DNA from: the human T2T-CHM13v2.0 reference genome, Homo sapiens
Length of the DNA stretch: 64,000 bases
Reading direction: 5' to 3' (one strand)
Assembly (NCBI RefSeq): GCF_009914755.1
Contig: NC_060929.1
Under the pieces are notes generated by a model that was not told where the DNA came from, did not search any database, and was given only the letters and a program-made list of their open reading frames with translations. The position numbers and the translations under genes are program-made. Below are positions 54,874 to 64,000 of the stretch, one piece after another (position 1 is the first letter of the stretch; every line of letters starts with the position of its first letter).

Positions 54874-57800
54874 AAAGCATCGCTTTGTCAGAATGCTTCA
54901 GTCTAGTTTTTATGTGAAGATATTCCCTTTTGCAACATAGGTCTCAAATCGCTTCAAATATCCACTTGAAGAACCTACAGAAAGAGTGTTTCAGAACTGC
55001 TCAATCAAAAGTTCAACACTGTGAGTTGAACACACACAACACAAAGAAGTTTCTCAGAATGCTTTTGTGTAGTTTTAATGTGAAGATATTTCCTTTTCCA
55101 ACATAGGCATGAAAGCGTTCCAAATATCCACTTGCAGATTCTGCAAAAACAATGTTTCCAAACTGCTCAATCAAAAGAAAGGTTCAACTGTGTGAGATGA
55201 ATGTACACATCACAAAGGAGATTCTCAGAATGGTTCTGTGTAGTTTTTATGTTAAGATATTTCCTTTCCCACCATAAGCCATAAACGGCTCCAAATATCC
55301 ACTTGCAGATTCTACAAAAAGAGAGTTTCAAAACTGCTCAATCAAAAAATCGGTTCAACTCTGTGAGTTGAACGCGAACGTCACAAAGTAGTTTCACAGA
55401 ATGCTTCTGTCTAGTTTTTATTTGAAGATATTTCCTCATCCAGCATAGGTCTCAAAGTGCTCCAAATATCCACTTGCACATTCTACAAAAAGAGAGTTTC
55501 AAAACTGCTCAATCAAAAAATAGGTTCAACTCTTTGAGTTGAAAGCACACTTCAAAAGGAAGTTTCTCAGAATGCTTCTGTCTAGTTTTTAAGTGAAGAC
55601 ATTTCCTTTTCCACCATAGGCATCAAAGTGCTCCAAATATCCACGTGCAGATTCTAGAAAAAGAGTGTTTCAAAACTGCTCAATGAAAACAAAGTTTCAA
55701 CTCTGCGAGATGAATGCACTCATTGGAAAGAAGTTTTGAAGAATGCTTCTGCCTAGTTTTAATGTGAAGAAACTTCCTTTTTCACTGTAGGCCTCAAAGT
55801 GCTCCAAATATCCACTTGCAGAATCTATGAAAAGATTGATTCAAAACTGCTCAATAAAAAGAAAAGTTCAAATATGTTAGGTGAATGTTCACATCAAAAA
55901 GAAGTTTCTCAGAATGCTTCCGTGAACTTTTTATGTGAAGATATTTCCTTTTCCACCTTTGGCCTTATGGCACTCCAAATAGCCACTTGCAGATTCTTCA
56001 GAAAGAGTGTTTCCAAACCGCACAATGAAAATAAAAGTTCAACTCTGTGAGATGAATGCACAAATCAGAAACAAGTTTGTCAGAATGCTTTTGTGCAGTT
56101 TTTATGTTAAGATATTTGCTTTTGCACCATAGGCCTCCACGTGCTCCAAATATCCACTTGCAGATTCTACAAAAAGAGTGTTTCCAAACTCTTCAATCAA
56201 AAGAAAGGTTCAACTCTGTGGGATGAATGCACACATCACAAAGAAGTTTGTCAGAATGCTTCTGTATAGTTTTTCTGTGAAGACATTTCCTTTCCCACCA
56301 TAGGCAGTAAAGGGATCTAAATATCCACTTCCAGATTCTACAAAAAGAGAGTTTCAAAACTGCTCCATCAAATTATAGGTTCAACTCTGTGAGTTGAACG
56401 TACACATCACAAAAGTTTCTCAGAATGCTTCCATCTAGTTTTTATGTGAAGATATTTCCTTTTCCATCATAGGGCTCAAAGCACTCCAAATATCCACTTG
56501 CAGATTCTGCAAAAACAATGTTTCCAAACTGCTCAATCAAAAGAAAGGTTCAACTCTGTGAGATGAATGAACACATCAGAAAGGAGTTTCTCAGAATGAT
56601 TTTGTGTAGTTTTTATGTTAAGATATTTCCTTTCCCACCATAAGCCATAAATGGCTCCAAATATCCAATTGCAGATTCTACAAAAAGAGTGATCCAAAAC
56701 TGCTTAATCAAAGGAAAGGTTCAACTCTGTGAGTTCAATGCACACATCACAAAGAGTTTCTCTGAATGCTTCTGTCTAGTTTTTATGTGAAGATATTTCC
56801 TTTTCCATCATAGGACTCAAAGCACTCCAAATAGCCACTAGCAGATTCTACAAAAAGATTGTTTGCTAAGTGCTCAATGAAAACAAAGGTTCCACTCCAT
56901 GAGATGAATGCATACATCACAAAGTAGTTACTCAGAATACTTCTGTCTAGTTTTTATATGAAGATATTTCCTTTTTCACCATAGGCCTCTAACCTCTATA
57001 AATATCCATTTGCAGATATCACAAAAACACTGTTTCCAAACTGTGCAACCAAAAGAAAGTTTCAATTCTCTGAGTTAAATGCGCTAGTCACAAAAAAGTT
57101 TCTCAGTATGCTTCTGTGTAGTTTTTATGTGAAGATATTTCCTTTTCCACAATAGGCCTCTAAGTGCTCCAAATATCCACTTGCAGATTCTACAAAAAGA
57201 GTGTTTCCAAACTGCTCAATCAAAAGAAAGTTTCAACCCTGTGAGATGAATGCACACATCAGAAAGAAGTTTGTCAGAATGCTTTTGTCTATTTTTTATA
57301 TGAAGACAATTCCTTTTCTGCAGTAGGCCTAAATGCTCTCCACATATACACTTGCAGAATATAAAAAAGAGTGTTTCAAATCTGCTTAATGAAAACAAAT
57401 GTTCAAATCCATGACATGAATGCTCACATCAGAAAGAAGTTTGTCAGAATGCTTCTGTCTAGTTTTTATGTGAGGATATCTAATTTTCCACCATAGGACT
57501 CAAAGCTGTCCAAATATCCATAGGCAGAAACTACAAAAAGAGTGTTTCAAAACTGCTCAATCCAAAGAAAGTTTCAACTCTGTGAGATGAACGCCCACAT
57601 CACAAAGAAGTTTCTCATAATGCTTCTGTGTACTTTTCATATGAAGATGTATCCTTTTCCACCATTGGCCTCAATGCGCTCCAAATATCCACTTGCAGAA
57701 TGTACAAAAAGAGTGTTTCCAAACTGCTCAATCAAAGCAAAGTTCTGCTCTGTGAGATGAATGCATACATCATGAAGAAGTTTCTCAGAATACTTCTGTC

Positions 57801-60800
57801 TAGTTTTTATGTGAATATATTTCCTTTTCCACCATAGGCCTCAAAACGCTGCAAATATCCACTTGCAAGTTCAACAAAGAGTGTTTCAAAACTGCTCAAT
57901 CAAAAGAAAGGTTCAACTCTGTGAGTTGAATGCACACATCACAAAGAAGTTTATCAGAATGCTTCTGTGCAGTTTTTCTCTGAAGATATTTCTTTTTCCA
58001 ACATGGGCCTCTAATCGCTCCAAATATCCATTTACAGTTTCTACAAGAAGAGTGTTTCAAAACTGCCCAATGAAAACAATAGTTCAACTCTTTGAGATGA
58101 ATGCACACATCAGAAAGAAGTTTCTCAGAATGCTTCTGTGTAGTTCTTATGTGAGGATATTTCCTTTTCCACGATAGGCCTCATATCGTCACACATATCC
58201 AATTGCAGAATCTACAAAAAGAGTTTTTCAAAAGAGCTCAATCAAAAGAAAGGTTCAACTCTGTGAGTTGATGCCCACATCACAAAGAAGTTTCTCAAAA
58301 TGTTCTGTGTAGTTTTTATTTGAAGATATTTCCTTTCCCACCATAGGCCGTGAATGTCTCCAAATATCCACTTGTAGATTCTACAAAAAGGGAGATTCTA
58401 AACTGCTCAATCAAAATATAGGTTCAACTCTGTGAGTTGAACGCACACATCACAAAGTAGTTTCTCAAAATCCTTGTGTCTTGATTTTATGCGAAGGTAT
58501 TTCCTTTTTCACCATAGTCCTCAAAGTGCTCCAAATATCCACTTGCAGAATCTACAAAAAGAGTGTTTCAAAACTGCTCAATCACAAGACAGGTTCAAGT
58601 CTGTGAGCTGAACACCCACATCACAAAGAAGTTTCTCCGAATGCTTCTGTGTAGTGTTTACGAGAAAATATTTCCTTTTCCAACACAGTCCTCAAACAGC
58701 TCCTAATATCCTCTTGCAGATTCTACAAAAACTGTGTTTCAAAACGGCTCAATGACAACAAAGTTTCAACACTGTGAAACGAATGCACACATCAGAAAGA
58801 AGTTTGTCAGAATGCGACTGTGTTGTTTTTATGTGCAGATATTTCCTTTTCCATAGTAGGCCTCAAAGCACTCCAAATATCCACTTGCAGAATCTACAAA
58901 AAGAGGGTTTCAAAACTGCACAATCAAAAGAAAAATTCAGCTCTTTGAGTTGAACACACATATCACAAAGAAGTTTCTCAGAATCCTCCTGTGTAGTTTT
59001 TATGTGAAGATATCTCCTTTTCACCATACGTCTCAAAATGCTTCAAATATCCACTTGCAGATCCAACAAAAACAGGGTTTCCAAACTACTCAATCAAAAG
59101 AAAGGTTCAACTCTGTGAGATGAATGCACACGTCACAAAGAAATTTCTCAGAATGCTTTGTGTAGTTTTTATGTGAAGATACTTCCTTTCCCAGCATGGG
59201 CCTTAAAGGGCTCCAAATATCCACTTGCAGATTCTACAAAAAGAGAGTTTCAAAACTGCTCAATCAAAAGAAAGAATCAACTCTGTGAGATTCATGCACA
59301 CTTCACAAAGAAGTTTCTCAGAATGGTTTTCTGTAGTTTTTATGTGAGGATATTACCTTTCCCACCATATGACATAAAGGGCTCAAACTATCCACTTAAA
59401 GATTCACAAAAAGAGAGTTTCAAAACTACTTAATCAAAATATAGTTTCAGCTCTCTTAGTTGAATCCACACAAAACAAAGAAATTTCTCAGAATGCTTCT
59501 GTCTAGTTTTTATGAGAAAATATTTCCTTTTCCACCGTAGACCTCAAAACGCCCCAAATATCCACTTGCAGATTCTACAAAAAGAGTGTTTCAAAACGGC
59601 TCAATCAAAAGAAAGGTTCAACTCTGTGCAATGAATGCACACATCATAAAGAAGTTTCTCAGAATGCTTCTGTGTAGTTTTTATGTGAAGATATTTCCTT
59701 TCCCACCATAGGCCATAAAGGGCTCCAAATATCGCCTGGCAGATTCTACAAAAAGAGAGATTTAAAGCTGCTCAATCAAAATATAGGTTCCAGTCTGTGA
59801 GTTGAACGCCCACATCACAAAGAAATTTCTCAGAATGTTTCTGTTTAGTTTTTATGTGAAAATATTTCCTTTTCCAACATAGTCCTAAAAGGGCTCCTAA
59901 TATCCTCTTGCAGATATTTCCTTTTCCACAGTAGTACTCAAAGCCCTCCAAATATCCACTTGCAGAATCTACAAAAAGAGTGTTTCAAAAAAGAAATGTT
60001 CAACTCTGTGAGTTGAACCCATATATCACAAAGAAGTCTCTCAGAATGCACCTGTGTAGTTTTTATGTGAAGATATTTCCTTTTTCACCATGGGTCTCAA
60101 AGTGCTCCAAATACCCACTTGCAGATTCTACAAAAACAGGGTTTCCAAACTTCTCAATCAAAAGAAACGTTCAACTCTGTGAGATGAATGCATGCATCAC
60201 AAAGAAATTTCTCAGAATGCTTTGTGTAGTATTTATGTGAAGATATTTCCTTTGCCAGCATAGGCCATAAAGGGCTCCAAATATCCACTTGCAGATTCTA
60301 CAAAAAGAGAGTTTCAGAACTGCTCAATCAAAATATAGGTTCAACTCTGTCAGTTGAACGCACACACCACAAAGACTTTTCTCAGAATGCTTCTGTCTAC
60401 TTTCTATGTGAAGATATTTCCTTTTCCACCATAGGTCTGCACATGCTCCAAATATCCACTTGCAGATTCCACAAAGAGAGTGTTTCAAAACCGCTTAATG
60501 AAAGCAAAGGTTCAACTCTGTGAGCTGAATGCACACATCAGAAAGAAGTTTCTCAGAATGCTTCTGTCTAGTTTTTATGTGAAGATATTTCCTTTTCCAC
60601 CATAGTCCTCAAATCACTCCAAATATCCACTTTCAGAATATATAAAAAGAGTGTTTCAAAACCTCTCTGTCAAAAGAAATGTTCAACTCTGTCTGTTGAA
60701 CACAAACATCACAAAGAATTTTCTCAGAATGCTTCTGTGTAGTTTTTAAGTGAAAATATTTCCTTTTCCACCATAGGCCTCAAAGCGATCCACATATCCA

Positions 60801-63800
60801 CTTGCAGATTCTACAGAAAGAATGTTTCCAAACTGCTCTATCAAAAGAAAGGTTCAACTCTGTGAGACGAATGCACACATCACAAAGAAGTTTCTAAGAA
60901 TGCTTCTATCTAGTTTTTTTGTGAAGATATTTCCTTTTTCCACCATAGGTCTCAAAATGCTCCAAATACCCACTTGCGTATTCTACAATAAGAGTGTTTC
61001 CAAACTGCTCAATCAAAAGAAAGATTCAACTCTGTGAGAAGAATGCACACATCACAAAGTAGTTTCTCAGAATGGTTTTCTGTAGTTTTTATGTGAAGAT
61101 ATTTCCTTTCCCACCATATGACATAAAGGGCTCAAAATATCCACTTGCAGATTCTACAAAAAGAGAGTTTCAAAACTACTTAATCAAAATATAGGTTCTA
61201 CTCTCTAAGTTGAATCCACACAAAACAAAGAAATTTCTCAGAATGCTTCTGTCTAGTTTTTATGAGAAGATATTTCCTTTTCCACCATAGGCCTCAAAGC
61301 GCCCCAAATATCCACTTGCAGATTCTACAAAAAGAGTGTTTCAAAACTGCTCAATCAAAAGAAAGGTTCAACTCTGTGAGATGAATGCACACATCATAAA
61401 GAAGTTTCTCAGAATGCTTCTGTGTAGTTTTTATGTGGAGATATTTCCTTTCCCATCATAGACCATAAAAGGCTCCAAGTATCCACTGGCAGATTCTACA
61501 AAAAGAGAGTTTCAAAACTGCTCAATCAAAATATGGGTTGAACTCTGTGAGTTGAACACACACATCACAAATAAATTTATCAGAATGCTTCTGTCTAGAT
61601 TTAATGTTAAGATATATCCTTTTCCACCATAGGCCTCTAACCGCTCCAAATATCCACTCGCAAATTCTACAAAAAGAGTGTTTCAAAACTGCTCAATTAA
61701 AACAAAGTTTCAACTCTGTGAGATGAATGCACACATCAGGAAGAAGTTTGTCAGAATGCTTCTGTCTATTTTTTATGTGAAGATATTTCCCTTTCCACAA
61801 CAGGCCTCAAAGCGCTCCAAATATACATTTGCAGAATCTACAAAAAGAATGACTGAAAACTAGTCAATCAAAAGAGAAGTTCAACCCTGTGAGTTCAACG
61901 CACACATAACAAAGAATTTTCTGAGAATGCTTCTGTGTCGTTTTCATTTGAAGATATTTCCTTTGCAACAATAGGCCTCAAAGTGCTCCAAATATCCAAT
62001 TGCAGATTCTACAAAAAGTATGTTTACAAACTGCTCAAACAAAAGAAATATTCAAGTCTGTGAGATGAATGCACACATCACAAAGTAGTGTCTTAGAAGG
62101 CTTCTGTCTAGTTTTTGTTTGAAGATATTTCCTTTTTCCACCATAGGTCTCAAAACGCTCCAAATATCCACTTGTAGATTCTACAAAAATATTTTATCAA
62201 AACTGCTCAATGTAAAGAAATGTTCCACTCTGTGAAATGAATGCACCCATCACAAAGAAGTTTCTCAGAATGCTTCTATCTAGTTTTTATGTGAAGCTAT
62301 TTCCTTTTCCATCGTCGGCCAAAAGGGGCTCCAAATATCCACTTCCAGATTCTACAAAAAAGAGTTTCAAAACTGCTCAATCAACAGAAAGTTTCAGCTC
62401 TTTGAGTTGAACGCACTCATCACAAAGAAATTTCTCAAAATGCTTCTGTGTAGCTTTTATGTGAAGATATTTCCTTTTCCACCATAGGCCTCAAAGCACT
62501 TCAAATAACCACTTGCAGATTCTACAGAAAGTTTTTTTCGAAACTGCTCAAAGAAAACAAAGGTACAGCTCTGTGAGACAAATGGACACATCAGAAAGAA
62601 GTTTGTCAGAATGCTTCTGGCTAGTTATGTGAAGATATTTCTTTTTCCAGCAGAGGCCTCAAAGTGCTACAAATATCCACTTGCAGAATCTACAAATAGA
62701 GTGTTTCAAAACTGCTCAATCAAAAGAAATCTTCAAATCTTTGAGATGGATGCACACAGCACAAAGGAGTTTCTCAGAATGCTTCTGTCTAGTTTTCTCT
62801 GAAGTTATTTCCTTTTCCACCATGGAACTCAAAGAGCTCAAAATTTCCACTTGCAGATTCTACAAAAAGGGTGTTGCCAAGCTGCTCAAAGAAAACAAGT
62901 GTTCAACACTGTGAGATGAATGCACACATCAGAAAGAAGTTTCTCAGAATACTTCTTTGTAGTTTTTCTTTGAAGATATTTCCTTTTCCACCATAGTTCT
63001 CAAAGTGCTAAAACTATACACCTGCAGAATCTACAAAACAAGTGATTCAAGATTGCTCAATCAAAAGAAAAGTTGAACTCTGTGAGTTGAACGCACACAT
63101 CAGACAGAATTTTTTCACAATGCTTCAGTGTAGTTTTTATATGAAGATATTTCCTTTTCCACCATAGCCCTAAAAGCGCTCCAAATATCCACTTGTAGAA
63201 ACTACAAAAAGACTGTTTCAAAACTGACGAATCAATAGAAAGTTTCAACTCTGTGAGATGAAAGCACAAATCACAAATAAGTTTCTCAGCATGCTTCAGT
63301 CTAGTTTCTATTTGAGGATATTTCCTTTTCCACCACAGTCCTCCAAGCACTACAAATATCCACTTGCAGATTCTACAAAAAGACTGTTTCAAAACTGCTC
63401 TATCAAAAGACAGGTTCAACTCTGTCAGATGAATTCACACATCATAAAGAAGTTTTTCAGAATGCTTCTGTCTCATTTTTATGTGACCATATTTCCTTTT
63501 CCACCATAGACCTCAAAGCTCTCAAAACATCCACTTGCAGATTCTGCAAAACGAGTGTTTCCAACTGCTCAATGAAAACAAAGCTTCAACTCTGTGAGAT
63601 GAATGCACAGATCAGAAAGAAGTTTCTCAGAATGCTTTTGTCTAGTTTTTATGTGAAGATATTTCCTTTTCCACCATGAGTCTCAAAATGCTCCAAATAT
63701 CCACTTGTAGAAACGACAAAAAGAGTGTTTCAAAACTGCTCCATGAAACGAAAGGTTCAACTTTGTGAGTTGAATGTGCACATCACAATGAAGTTTCTCA

Positions 63801-64000
63801 GAATGCTTCTGTTTTATTTTTCTCTTAGGATATTTCCTTTACCACCACAGACTTCAAAGCCCTCCAAATACCCACTTGCAGATTCTACAAAAAGAAAGTT
63901 TCACAACTGCTCAAAAGAAAGGTACAACTATGGGAGACAAATGTACACATCACAAAGAAGTTTCTCAGAATGCTTCTGTCTAGTTTTTATGTCAAGATAA
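54874..64000 (-). repeat. Monomeric alpha-satellite (~171 bp, ~53 monomers), A-type/pJalpha, no CENP-B box seen
   Basis: Repeating catcacaaagaagtttctcagaatgcttctg...gaagatatttccttttccaccatagg...tatccacttgcagattctacaaaaagagtg is the reverse complement of the usual alphoid consensus. The box position reads ttccttttccaccatag (pJalpha type), and I did not see tcccgtttccaacgaa. Monomers are mutually diverged with no regular HOR. Confidence 0.96.

Noticed and set aside
54874-64000. Active centromere HOR, CENP-B boxes, or ORFs in alpha-satellite
   Set aside because: No CENP-B box was seen, monomers are diverged without regular periodicity, and the ORFs are typical alphoid translations.

Overview
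Primate (most likely human) pericentromeric or acrocentric-type heterochromatin with no intact protein-coding gene. Order: (1) 1-27056 Satellite III (CATTC)n arranged as a ~4.8 kb higher-order repeat, ~5.5 copies; (2) 27055-27378 a decayed DUX4/D4Z4 fragment (5'UTR plus most of homeobox 1); (3) 27379-34843 diverged 68-bp beta-satellite; (4) 34844-37580 a 5'-truncated D4Z4-like unit with a full-length, frameshift-free DUX4-like pseudogene (three nonsense codons), followed by a partial next unit and a pLAM-like segment, as at the distal end of the 4qA/10qA FSHD locus; (5) ~37580-54873 beta-satellite with a ~2594 bp (38-mer) higher-order repeat, ~6.4 copies; (6) 54874-64000 monomeric A-type alpha-satellite with no CENP-B box seen. 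Nearly all ORFs in the track are artefacts of translating satellite DNA. I cannot support a wholly new biological system. The best leads are: 12 near-consensus DUX4-binding motifs built into the SatIII unit beside DUX4-like copies; a pLAM homologue whose poly(A)-signal position reads GTTACA; pLAM/exon 3 looking like a decayed copy of the DUX4 5'UTR; a canonical TATAA promoter; and microhomology at satellite junctions. Comparisons with DUX4/D4Z4 references are from memory and need alignment to confirm.
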